This document shows positions 1-8,318 of a stretch of 32,000 nt of DNA, in pieces. Below the pieces are notes generated by a model. The model searched no databases. It was not told where the DNA came from and was given only the letters and a program-made list of their open reading frames with translations. Numbering within the stretch: the stretch's first letter is position 1; every line of letters begins with the position of its first letter. The position numbers and the translations under genes were made by a program. The stretch comes from Candidatus Saganbacteria bacterium (GTDB taxonomy: Bacteria > Margulisbacteria > WOR-1 > JAKLHX01), in the NCBI GenBank assembly GCA_026387835.1, contig JAPLKZ010000005.1, forward strand, positions 210,001-242,000, in the 5' to 3' direction.

Positions 1-712
1 GGTGCACGAGGACGGCGACGGTCGTAGAATCGACGCCGCCTGAAAGCGCGCAGAGAATTTTGTCTTTTCCAACCATAGTTTTTATTTTTTCGGTCTGGCG
101 TTCGATAAAAGATTTGGTGGTCCATGTGGCCTGGCTGTTGCAGATGATAAAGACAAAATTCTTTATTATATCGTCCCCGTATTCGGTATGGACCACTTCG
201 GGATGGAACTGGACGGCATATAGTTTCTTTTCTATATTTCCTATCGCCGCGGCAGGCGTGTTCTGTGAATGCGCCATTATCTTGAACCCGGGAGGAGCTT
301 TTTCAACGCTGTCGCCGTGGCTCATCCAGCAGTTTATCTGTAGAGGGATCCCCGCGAAAAGGTTCGTGTGGTCGTCGATGTTGAGCGGTGTTTTGCCGTA
401 TTCCCTCACCGCGGACTCTTTTACGCTCCCTCCGAGTTCTTTTGCCATAAGCTGCATGCCGTAGCATATCCCGAGTATCGGGATCCCGCTTGTCAGTATC
501 CCGGGATCAAGTTTCGGGGCGTCTTTTTCATAAACGCTGCTGGGCCCGCCGGAAAGTATTATCCCTTTGACTTCTTTTTTCTTTAATTCCCCGAGAGTCG
601 TGGAGTAGGGGAGGACCTCGGAATAGACATTGCATTCCCTGACGCGCCGTGCGATGAGCATGCTGTACTGGGCGCCGAAATCAAGGACGACGATGAGGTC
701 ATGCTTTTTCAT
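1..712 (-). CDS. guaA: GMP synthase (glutamine-hydrolysing), N-terminal part, truncated by window edge
   Basis: Manual translation of the minus strand from 712: MKKHDLIVVLDFGAQYSMLIARRVRECNVYSEVLPY...KGIILSGGPSSVYEKDAP...ILGICYGMQLMAKELGG...YAVQFHPEV; near the window edge KDKILCALSGGVDSTTVA (ATP-pyrophosphatase P-loop). Class I glutamine amidotransferase motifs are present. Absent from the supplied ORF track because it is truncated. Confidence 0.96.
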   Translation of the reverse strand, partial: MKKHDLIVVLDFGAQYSMLIARRVRECNVYSEVLPYSTTLGELKKKEVKGIILSGGPSSVYEKDAPKLDPGILTSGIPILGICYGMQLMAKELGGSVKESAVREYGKTPLNIDDHTNLFAGIPLQINCWMSHGDSVEKAPPGFKIMAHSQNTPAAAIGNIEKKLYAVQFHPEVVHTEYGDDIIKNFVFIICNSQATWTTKSFIERQTEKIKTMVGKDKILCALSGGVDSTTVAVLVH

Positions 713-718
713 ATATTG

Positions 719-747
719 ATTTTACATTACAGAATGAAAACTATCAA
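719..747 (-). promoter_or_regulatory. Predicted sigma70 promoter for guaA: TTGATA (747-742), N17, TAAAAT (724-719), then 6 nt to the ATG
   Basis: Direct base reading of the minus strand. Expected TSS falls on the A of the ATG (712). Confidence 0.6.
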
Positions 748-904
748 CCGACTCAAAATGAATGTTATGCTCCGCGCATATAAAAATACTATAAAATTGT
801 GTGAAATTTCGCAAAAAAAATGACGATAGATAATTAAGAAGATTTAAGGCTAAATCTCTTGAGCTTGTAAAGCAAGAGAATTATTTGAATACAAGGAGGC
901 TGAA

Positions 905-1504
905 ATGGCGAAATTAATTTCACCGGCAGAATTATCAACGAGATTTCGTCCGCAGATGGTGCAGGCTTTTGGTGTGAGACTGCCTATCCCAAGAGCGATA
1001 TCTAGCAGAGCTCCGCAATGGATACAAAGTGAAATATCCGCCACTGGATGTTTACGTCCGCAACATGACCGTCTTGCAGGGGATGTATCTCCGGAAAAAA
1101 TAAGTAAATTTTATGCAATCCCTCAAGCTTTAACAGGACTACGCTTTGATTTAAAGATTTCAACTGACACACAGGGCCGTATTCTCCCGTCATTGTTTCG
1201 GCCGAATAATTTTGCCGTGCTTCCGGGAAGTGCAGTTGAGTTTTCAGACATTCTTTACGGAAGAACTGCGGCTGCCTTTTTTGACCATCCGCAAGATGGT
1301 CTCCAGGTTCGTAGAGAGCCATTATATGAACATCTCTATCGTCTTGATACACTTGATCCTCCGGACGGCCACGGGATCCTAGTTGCAGTATTTCAGTTTG
1401 GAGTAATTAGTAACACAAAGGACGGATCAGATTCATCAAATTATGATGCGGGCGAGGGCTGGTGGCCCCTAGTACTTTCATTAAAAACTCCTGTTGATGA
1501 ATAG
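905..1504 (+). CDS. Hypothetical protein, 199 aa, no recognisable domain
   Basis: Complete ORF with a strong Shine-Dalgarno (AAGGAGG at 893-899) and ATG at 905. Codon usage looks more AT-rich than the neighbours. Confidence 0.6.
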   Translation: MAKLISPAELSTRFRPQMVQAFGVRLPIPRAISSRAPQWIQSEISATGCLRPQHDRLAGDVSPEKISKFYAIPQALTGLRFDLKISTDTQGRILPSLFRPNNFAVLPGSAVEFSDILYGRTAAAFFDHPQDGLQVRREPLYEHLYRLDTLDPPDGHGILVAVFQFGVISNTKDGSDSSNYDAGEGWWPLVLSLKTPVDE

Positions 1505-1525
1505 AGGCTAAAACCGAGGACGGCT

Positions 1526-2686
1526 CTACTTATACATCCCGAGCTGCTGTGCTTTCTGGAAGACTTTTCCTTCTGTTAAATTTGACGGTGCGATGACGAT
1601 ATCTACGGACTGCATCTCTTTGATGTTCGAGGCGCCGAGAGTGCCCATCGAAGTCTTTAAGGCTCCCACAAAGTTCTCTGAGCCGTCATCGAATTTCGCG
1701 GGGCCGAGAAGTATTTCTTTTAATGAACCGATAGTCCCGACTTTTATCCTTGTCCCGCGCGGAAGCACCGAATTCGGAGTGGCCATGCCCCAGTGAAAAC
1801 CTTTTCCGGGAGCTTCTTTGGATTTTGCAAGGGGCGATCCGATCATCACAGCGTCAGCTCCGCACGCGATAGATTTGCAGATGTCCCCGCCGACCACCAT
1901 TCCGCCGTCAGCGATAATAGAAACGTATTTTTTTGTCTTCTTGTAAAAATCATCCCTTGCGCAGGCGCAGTCAACGATTGCGGTAGCCATAGGTATTCCG
2001 ATCCCCAGGACTCCGCGTGAAGTGCAGGCAGCACCGGGGCCTATTCCGACCAGTACGGCAGAAACTCCGGTCTCCATAAGTTTAAGCGCGACTTCGTATG
2101 TCACGCAGTTCCCGACTATAACAGGGATCCTGACCGACTTGCAAAGTTCCGACAGGTCAAGCGGCTTAAAGAGCTTTGTTTTATGAAGAGTGGAAACGAC
2201 AGTCGCCTGAACCACTAAAATATCGGCTCCCGCTTTTTCCGCAATATGCCCGTATTCCATGGCTTTCTGCGGCGTGACAGAGACGGCCGCGACCGCTTTT
2301 CTATCTTTTATCTGTTTTATTCTTTTTGTTATCAGTTCCGGTTTTACTTCTTCAAGGTAGATCTTCTGCATCAAAGGGACATATTCTTCGCGCGGGGCAA
2401 GGGCAATGCGGTCAAGGACATTGTCCGCGTCTTCATATCTTGTCTGTATGCCCTGGATGTTAAGGACTCCCATGCCGCCGCAACTGCTCATCAAGGCGGC
2501 CGTGTTCGGGTCGATGACGGAATCCATGGCGGATGCGATTATAGGCAGCTCAAGTTTCACTCCGGCGATCGTCACGGAAATATCCACTTCATCGGTCTCA
2601 ACGGTAGAAAGCGACGGTACCAGCGCTATCTCGTCAAACCCGTAAACCCTCCTTGTTTTTCTTCCTTTTCCCAGCTCTAGTTCCAT
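1526..2686 (-). CDS. guaB3: GuaB3-type IMP dehydrogenase-related protein lacking CBS domains
   Basis: 386 aa; MELELGKGRKTRRVYGFDEIALVPS..., IIASAMDSV, VLVGIGPGAACTSRGVLGIGIPMATAIVDC, YVSIIADGGMVVGGDICKSIACGADAVMIGSPLA. The N-terminus and length resemble the GuaB3 group. The sequence reads through the barrel with no CBS insertion. Confidence 0.85.
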   Translation of the reverse strand: MELELGKGRKTRRVYGFDEIALVPSLSTVETDEVDISVTIAGVKLELPIIASAMDSVIDPNTAALMSSCGGMGVLNIQGIQTRYEDADNVLDRIALAPREEYVPLMQKIYLEEVKPELITKRIKQIKDRKAVAAVSVTPQKAMEYGHIAEKAGADILVVQATVVSTLHKTKLFKPLDLSELCKSVRIPVIVGNCVTYEVALKLMETGVSAVLVGIGPGAACTSRGVLGIGIPMATAIVDCACARDDFYKKTKKYVSIIADGGMVVGGDICKSIACGADAVMIGSPLAKSKEAPGKGFHWGMATPNSVLPRGTRIKVGTIGSLKEILLGPAKFDDGSENFVGALKTSMGTLGASNIKEMQSVDIVIAPSNLTEGKVFQKAQQLGMYK

Positions 2687-2730
2687 TGTTTGTCCTTTCT
2701 ATCAGATCACTCCGCATTGGTCCGGATCGT

Positions 2731-3003
2731 TCAGCCGTTCATCATATCTTTCGGCGGTTTTCCGGACAGCTCTTTTTCCACATACATGGCTATCATCTTT
2801 TCGAGCTCATCGACGACGGGTTTTGGTATCCATACTTCACCGCACTCCTCGCAGATGAAAGCCGGCACGTCCTCGATCACGTAAAGTTTTTCATTCTCGT
2901 AATGGTCAAGGCTGACCTTGTCAAAGTAAAGCTTCCCCCCGCAGGCGCTGCATTGACCGGGATTTAGATCGCTAAAGGAATCGTCAGTGTTGTCGAGTTT
3001 CAT
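2731..3003 (-). CDS. YgiT-type zinc finger protein (MqsA N-terminal-like)
   Basis: 90 aa; CSACGGKLYF...YVIEDVPAFICEECGEVWIPKPVVDELEKMIA. Two CxxC pairs and the typical 'VPAxxCxxCGE' motif. Confidence 0.8.
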   Translation of the reverse strand: MKLDNTDDSFSDLNPGQCSACGGKLYFDKVSLDHYENEKLYVIEDVPAFICEECGEVWIPKPVVDELEKMIAMYVEKELSGKPPKDMMNG

Positions 3004-3018
3004 TTATCTTTGAAAATT

Positions 3019-3047
3019 ATTATACATTAACAAAAGGCTCTTGACAA
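3019..3047 (-). promoter_or_regulatory. Predicted promoter TTGTCA-N17-TATAAT for the YgiT-type gene/guaB3
   Basis: Minus strand: TTGTCA (3047-3042), 17 nt, TATAAT (3024-3019). Confidence 0.6.
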
Positions 3048-3070
3048 GAACACCGCATTAAAGATAAAAT
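3041..3070 (+). promoter_or_regulatory. Predicted promoter TTGACA-N18-TAAAAT for the vWA lipoprotein
   Basis: TTGACA 3041-3046, TAAAAT 3065-3070, expected TSS about 3077. Shine-Dalgarno-like GGAAGGGG precedes ATG 3120. Confidence 0.6.
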
Positions 3071-3119
3071 TGTCTTCAGTCTGAAATAGAAAATCTAATC
3101 TGGAAGGGGGTGACTATTA

Positions 3120-4280
3120 ATGAAAAAGAATTTTCTTTTCTTATTGACAGGTATTGTTTTGTTGTCAGCGACAGTGATCACAGGTTGTAATAACACGATC
3201 AATATTAATCTTGCGCCGGGCATGGTCACGTCACCTGAAGCTGTAGTATCAGGAGCGGCTACTGTTTCCGGAGGCACGGTAACCCTTAACCTGGGCTCCA
3301 TCATCGTGAGCGGTGAAGCGCTTTCCGGGTTAACGGCGGCGAACTTCAAGATCTATGTCGGGACAGGGACCGATGTAACTAAATATACAGAGGTCACCCC
3401 GACAGTGACTTCGACAACCACCAGCAAGATTGACATGGTATTTATCCTGGACAGGACAGGCAGCATGGGCAGGACAATTACCGGATGCAAAAACAGCATT
3501 GTGGCTTTTGCGTCGACTCTTGATGCCGCGGGTGCAGATGTGAAGTTCGGTGTTGTAGCTTTTGGTGATACTCCGTCTGAACAGATGAATATAGCTTTGC
3601 CGGCGTCATCAACCCAGGTCCAGACTTTCCTGGCGACTGTCACAGCGAGCGGCGGAGGCGACGGACCGGAAAACCCGCTTGATTCCATCATGTATGCGTA
3701 TAACAACTATACATGGAGGGCAGGCGCGCAAAAAGTGTTCATCGTATTGACGGACGCGTGCGCGCATCAAAAGGGTGATGGTCCGGACTATACAACAAGG
3801 ACGCTTGCGGGCGTGCAGACATCGCTTTCGGGAAATGCCGTTGTATACACGGTCAGTCCGACAGAGGACAGCAATGCTTATCCTTCGCCTGGATATGATA
3901 CCGGAACTGCGGATATAAGATGGTTGGCTGACGGATGCGGCTGGACCCCGACTATAACGACCGCGACATATGGAACTGTAAAAGGCAGAGATGCCGCAGG
4001 GACTACTTATGTTGGGACCGGCGGAAAGTGGATGGGACTGCCATCAAGCGGCAATGTAGACCTTACAGCGCTTGGCATATCAACGTCTGTCACAAAAGGA
4101 TACACGGTCACATTCAGCTATACTGTAGGCACGACCTTGTACATACATGTCTTGATCGATAAAAATAAAGACGGGATATGGGATATTGACGGATTGCTTA
4201 CCTTGACGGTTAGCACGTCCGGCAAGCCTGAAGGCGCAGTAGTTGATCCTTCAAAGAGATGGAGACCCGGACATAACTAA
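3120..4280 (+). CDS. Secreted lipoprotein with von Willebrand factor A-like domain
   Basis: 386 aa; signal peptide with lipobox (LLSATVITGCNN). MIDAS-like IDMVFILDRTGSMG, later KVFIVLTDACAH. Confidence 0.8.
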   Translation: MKKNFLFLLTGIVLLSATVITGCNNTININLAPGMVTSPEAVVSGAATVSGGTVTLNLGSIIVSGEALSGLTAANFKIYVGTGTDVTKYTEVTPTVTSTTTSKIDMVFILDRTGSMGRTITGCKNSIVAFASTLDAAGADVKFGVVAFGDTPSEQMNIALPASSTQVQTFLATVTASGGGDGPENPLDSIMYAYNNYTWRAGAQKVFIVLTDACAHQKGDGPDYTTRTLAGVQTSLSGNAVVYTVSPTEDSNAYPSPGYDTGTADIRWLADGCGWTPTITTATYGTVKGRDAAGTTYVGTGGKWMGLPSSGNVDLTALGISTSVTKGYTVTFSYTVGTTLYIHVLIDKNKDGIWDIDGLLTLTVSTSGKPEGAVVDPSKRWRPGHN

Positions 4281-4298
4281 ATGTTCTCCCGTCTTATT

Positions 4299-4330
4299 AA
4301 AGAGGCCCTGAGAAATTGGGGCCTCTTTTT
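4299..4330 (+). terminator. Rho-independent terminator 1 (AAAGAGGCCC/GGGCCTCTTT stem plus U-run)
   Basis: 10-bp perfect stem with a 10-nt intervening sequence, ending in TTTTT. Confidence 0.85.
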
Positions 4331-4332
4331 CT

Positions 4333-4366
4333 GAGCCCGAACCCAAGCGGTTCGGCTCTTTTTTTT
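4333..4366 (+). terminator. Rho-independent terminator 2 (GAGCC(C)GAACC / GGTTCGGCTC stem plus long U-run)
   Basis: 10-bp stem with one bulged C followed by a long T-run ending at 4366; in tandem with terminator 1. Confidence 0.8.
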
Positions 4367-4398
4367 CTTGACAACACCCGTTATCAATAATAAACTTA

Positions 4399-6318
4399 AT
4401 GGTGATGAAAAAGATCCTGTCTCTTCTTTTTATAGGTTCATTATTATTGTCCGGTTGCGGTGAGACCGTCATATCCAACGCTACGGTCACGGGTTTTGTG
4501 ACTGACACTTCTGCTGCAGCGATCCCGGGAGCGACGGTGACTATAGCAGGGGTCTCGGGGACCACCGGATCAAGCGGCAGCTATAATTTAACCGGAGTAA
4601 AGACCGGACTGCAGACAATATCTGCATCCGCGGCGGGATATATCTCCCAGACGAAGCAGATAAATGTCGGCGCTCTTGAGACGAACTACGCGCCGGCCAT
4701 GGTCCTTTCCAAAAAAGACGGCAAATCCACGGATGTTGGAAGCGGCGGCGGTGATGTTACTAATGCGGACGGTACCGTTAAAATAACCATACCCGAGAAC
4801 GCGCTGAAATCCACGCAGATTATAACGGTCACAAAATGCGACCTGTCGGCTGCGCCGGCGCCACCGAGCGGATATAAATTCATCTATCTTGTCTATATAA
4901 CGCCCGTGGACATCTCTTTAGAAAAAAAAGTGACGCTCAGGATACCCCTGTTGACCGAAGTGGCGTCGGATGTGACGGTCCCGTTCTTCAGGTTCGACAC
5001 TTCAACTTTGAGCTGGGTCGCGATCGACAGCGGGTCAATTGATGCTGTAAGCAGTACGATATCAGTAGGTTTGAGCAATTTTGGCTGGATCGCTGCGGCG
5101 AGGAGCCTTGGTACGGGTTATGGAACCGTGAACGGAAGAGTTGTTTCATCATCAGGCCCGGTGATCGTTGGAGCGAACGTCTGGTATTCTTCAAATATCA
5201 CCGTCAGTGATCCGAGCGGAAATTACACTCTCTCAAATATGCCCGAAGGCACCCTGACGATAAATGCTTACGCTGCGGGTTACAACGCAAATACCGCATC
5301 AGTGACGGTAAAAGCCGGCAGCCTCGTTTACGCGCCGGACATAGTGCTTTCTCCGACCGCGCCGCTTTACGGTACGATAACAGGACAGGTGATCAGCTCT
5401 TCGACTTCAGCGGGGATATCAGGCGCAAGGATAACGGTCTCGGGAAAGACCGCGTACACGGATTCTTCAGGTCTTTTTACAGTGACTGACATATCTCCGG
5501 GTTCGGTCAGTGTGACGGTCTACGCAAATGGGTATCTAAAAAAGACGTCTTCCGCAACGGTCACTGCCGGTGCGGGCACCACGCTCAATTTTTCTATCGA
5601 CGTGACGACAGTATCGACGTTCTTTGATGATTTTGAGACGGACAAAGAATGGGTTAAGTCTATCTCTTATGTATATTCGCCAAAATGTTTGTGGAACAGG
5701 ACCGCTAATTCTGCCGCGGTCAAGGACATATATGCTCCTGTTTATGTCACTCTTCCCGATTATGAAAAGAACGGCGGGGCGATACCTCTTGCTTACAGCG
5801 GGAGTTATTCGTACTGGTTCGGCGAGGCTGACAAGGGCTCCTTTATGGGAGAACAGCTGACGGTCCCGCCCGATACGGCGTTGTCAGGAGGAACTTCCGC
5901 CGCAAGGTATCAGGGAGACCTTACATCACCAACTATAAGCCTTGCGGGATACGAGTCGGGTAAGCTTTCTTTCTGGACCTGGTGGGAAGTGGAATCGATG
6001 CACTGCGCTTCCGGATTTGACGTGATGAAGATAATGATATCGACGGACGGCGGCGCCAACTGGAGCGATCTCGCGACGCTAAATCCGGTGATCGATCAGG
6101 CCGGCAAACAGGAATATCTTCCGTATTCATCGGGCGGATTCAATAAGGAAGGTGTCTGGGTAAAGCATGAATTAGACCTGACCCCTTATGTCGGCAATGA
6201 CGTTCAGATACGTTTTTCGTTCGACGCGAAAGACAATAAATATAACGGTTTCAGGGGCTGGTTCATCGATGACGTGTCGGTGACTGCGGAGAGGATGTCG
6301 ACGGCAGTGAGGAAATAG
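4399..6318 (+). CDS. Large lipoprotein with repeated carboxypeptidase-regulatory-like beta-sandwich domains and a C-terminal jelly-roll-like domain (true start possibly 4405)
   Basis: 639 aa; lipobox LLLSGCG. Three repeats of the type TVTGFVTDTSAAAIPGATVTIAG / GTVNGRVVSSSG / GTITGQVISSSTSAGISGARITVSG. ZU5-like 'GGDVTNADGTVKITIPENAL'. C-terminus ends FRGWFIDDVSV. Confidence 0.75.
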   Translation: MVMKKILSLLFIGSLLLSGCGETVISNATVTGFVTDTSAAAIPGATVTIAGVSGTTGSSGSYNLTGVKTGLQTISASAAGYISQTKQINVGALETNYAPAMVLSKKDGKSTDVGSGGGDVTNADGTVKITIPENALKSTQIITVTKCDLSAAPAPPSGYKFIYLVYITPVDISLEKKVTLRIPLLTEVASDVTVPFFRFDTSTLSWVAIDSGSIDAVSSTISVGLSNFGWIAAARSLGTGYGTVNGRVVSSSGPVIVGANVWYSSNITVSDPSGNYTLSNMPEGTLTINAYAAGYNANTASVTVKAGSLVYAPDIVLSPTAPLYGTITGQVISSSTSAGISGARITVSGKTAYTDSSGLFTVTDISPGSVSVTVYANGYLKKTSSATVTAGAGTTLNFSIDVTTVSTFFDDFETDKEWVKSISYVYSPKCLWNRTANSAAVKDIYAPVYVTLPDYEKNGGAIPLAYSGSYSYWFGEADKGSFMGEQLTVPPDTALSGGTSAARYQGDLTSPTISLAGYESGKLSFWTWWEVESMHCASGFDVMKIMISTDGGANWSDLATLNPVIDQAGKQEYLPYSSGGFNKEGVWVKHELDLTPYVGNDVQIRFSFDAKDNKYNGFRGWFIDDVSVTAERMSTAVRK

Positions 6319-6336
6319 GGGCCGTATTTCCCTTTA

Positions 6337-6345
6337 TGTTATAAT
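6337..6345 (+). promoter_or_regulatory. Extended -10 promoter TGTTATAAT upstream of glyA
   Basis: Perfect TGn-TATAAT; expected TSS about 6352; GGAGG Shine-Dalgarno before ATG 6370. Confidence 0.6.
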
Positions 6346-6369
6346 CTTTCTATCAGGAGGAAATTTTCC

Positions 6370-7635
6370 ATGCATTTCGGCATTGATAATTTAAGGCTGA
6401 CCGATCCCGAGGTGGCTTCGGCTTTGGACGCGGAACTCGACAGACAGAGGAACAAGCTCGAGATGATCGCGTCGGAGAATTTTACCAGCAGGGCGGTGAT
6501 GGAGGCGACGGGCTCGTGCCTTACAAATAAATACGCGGAAGGCTATCCTGGCAAAAGATATTACGGCGGATGCGAGTGTGTCGATACTGCGGAAAACCTG
6601 GCGATAGACCGTGCGAAGAAGCTTTTTGGTTCCCAGCACGCGAACGTCCAGGCACATTCGGGTTCACAGGCGAACACCGCTGCCTATATGGCATTCTTAA
6701 AACCCGGGGATACAGTTTTAGGCCTTAACTTGTCTCACGGCGGCCACCTCACCCACGGCAGTCCGGTAAATATATCCGGAATACTTTTCAATTTCATTCC
6801 GTATGGCGTCAGGAAAGAAGATGAACTTATGGATTACGACCAGATATCGGAACTTGCGAAAGTACATAAGCCTAAGATGATCGTCGCGGGAGCGACCGCA
6901 TATCCGAGGACAATAGATTTTAAAAGACTGGGAGAAATAGCACGGGAAGCGGGCGCTTATCTTATGGTAGATATTGCTCATATCGCAGGACTTGTTATCG
7001 CAGGCCTGCATCCGTCTCCGGTCCCGCACAGCCATGTGGTAACATCGACCACGCACAAGACGCTGAGAGGCCCCCGCGGCGGCCTGATACTTTGCAGGGA
7101 AGAATATGCGAAGCAGGTAGACAAAGCGGTGTTCCCGGGGATACAGGGCGGGCCTTTGATGCACGTGATAGCGGCCAAGGCCGTTGCTTTCAAAGAAGCG
7201 ATGCTGCCGCAGTTCAAAACCTATCAGGAACAGATCATAAAGAACGCGAAAGCTCTGGAAAAAGCTATGATCAAGAACGGATTCAGGCTTGTTTCCGGCG
7301 GCACCGATACGCATCTGATACTTGTAGACCTTACAAACAAAGGGCTTACGGGAAAAGCCGCGGAAAAGATCCTGGACGATGTCGGGATAACGGTCAACAA
7401 GAACACGATCCCTTATGAAACACAATCCCCTTTCATAACGAGCGGGATCAGGGTGGGGGTCCCGGCGCTGACGACCAGGGGCCTCAAAGAACAGCAGATG
7501 GAAGAGATCGCTGTCCTGTTCTCAAGGATACTTTCTGACGCGGACAATGAAAATGTAAAAAAACAGGTAAAAGAAGAAGTGGCAGCCTTGTGCGAAAGGT
7601 TCCCCCTATATGAAAAAGGAGCTTTTGAAGCTTGA
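6370..7635 (+). CDS. glyA: Serine hydroxymethyltransferase
   Basis: 421 aa; [60 protein letters not shown], full length. Confidence 0.98.
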   Translation: MHFGIDNLRLTDPEVASALDAELDRQRNKLEMIASENFTSRAVMEATGSCLTNKYAEGYPGKRYYGGCECVDTAENLAIDRAKKLFGSQHANVQAHSGSQANTAAYMAFLKPGDTVLGLNLSHGGHLTHGSPVNISGILFNFIPYGVRKEDELMDYDQISELAKVHKPKMIVAGATAYPRTIDFKRLGEIAREAGAYLMVDIAHIAGLVIAGLHPSPVPHSHVVTSTTHKTLRGPRGGLILCREEYAKQVDKAVFPGIQGGPLMHVIAAKAVAFKEAMLPQFKTYQEQIIKNAKALEKAMIKNGFRLVSGGTDTHLILVDLTNKGLTGKAAEKILDDVGITVNKNTIPYETQSPFITSGIRVGVPALTTRGLKEQQMEEIAVLFSRILSDADNENVKKQVKEEVAALCERFPLYEKGAFEA

Positions 7636-8318
7636 TAGTCCTCAGCGGCGTCTCAAAGATATACCCTAACGGGGTCGAAGCGCTCTCCGGCGTGGACCTC
7701 AGCATAGGGAAAGAAGAATTTGTTTTTATAGTGGGCCCCACAGGTTCGGGCAAATCCACACTTTTAAAAATGCTCTACAGGGAGGAACTTCCCAACAGCG
7801 GCCAGGTGATCGTGGACAGGCTCAACATCGCTGATATCAAAAAGAACCAGATCCCGTTCCTGCGGCGTAACATCGGCGTAGTTTTTCAGGATTACAAACT
7901 TCTTCCTTTAAGGACGGTATATGAGAACGTGGCGTTCGCCCTTCAGGTGCTGGGAGCTTCGCGCACTTATATCAGAAGGCAGGTGACGCAGGCGCTTGAT
8001 CTGGTCGGCCTGCTGAAAAAAGCAAGAAGTTTTCCGGGCGAGCTGTCGGGCGGAGAGCAGCAGAGGGTCTGCATCGCGCGGGCGATAGTCAACAATCCTC
8101 CGCTGCTGTTGGCAGATGAGCCGACAGGGAACCTTGACCCTGCCACGTCCTGGGAGATCATCCATCTCCTTGAAAAGATAAACAAGCGCAGCACCACGGT
8201 AATAGTCGCGACGCATAACAAATCCATCGTGGACGGCATGAGAAAAAGAGTGGTCGCGCTCGAGAGCGGCCGCATCATAAGGGACCAGCAGCTGGGGGGC
8301 TACAGCAATGTCCTTTGA
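7632..8318 (+). CDS. ftsE: Cell division ATP-binding protein FtsE (TTG start overlapping the glyA stop)
   Basis: 228 aa ABC ATPase; [49 protein letters not shown], followed immediately by ftsX. Confidence 0.92.
   Translation: MIVLSGVSKIYPNGVEALSGVDLSIGKEEFVFIVGPTGSGKSTLLKMLYREELPNSGQVIVDRLNIADIKKNQIPFLRRNIGVVFQDYKLLPLRTVYENVAFALQVLGASRTYIRRQVTQALDLVGLLKKARSFPGELSGGEQQRVCIARAIVNNPPLLLADEPTGNLDPATSWEIIHLLEKINKRSTTVIVATHNKSIVDGMRKRVVALESGRIIRDQQLGGYSNVL

Noticed and set aside
855-879. Hairpin TCTCTTG/CAAGAGA considered as a riboswitch or attenuator
   Set aside because: Short 7-bp stem with no U-run or recognisable aptamer. Only mentioned as part of the leader of the orphan gene.
850-1044. Minus-strand 64-aa ORF with CIHCG...CTICG zinc-finger look
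   Set aside because: Antisense to the start of the better supported ORF 905-1504, with no clear RBS. The CxxC pairs probably arise by chance.
7092-7418. 108-aa and similar plus-strand ORFs nested in glyA, trpE, rodA and others
   Set aside because: Out-of-frame overlaps inside well conserved genes with no independent RBS or domain.
6718-7425. 235-aa minus-strand ORF
   Set aside because: Fully antisense to glyA, whose identity is certain; product is compositionally odd. Typical shadow ORF.
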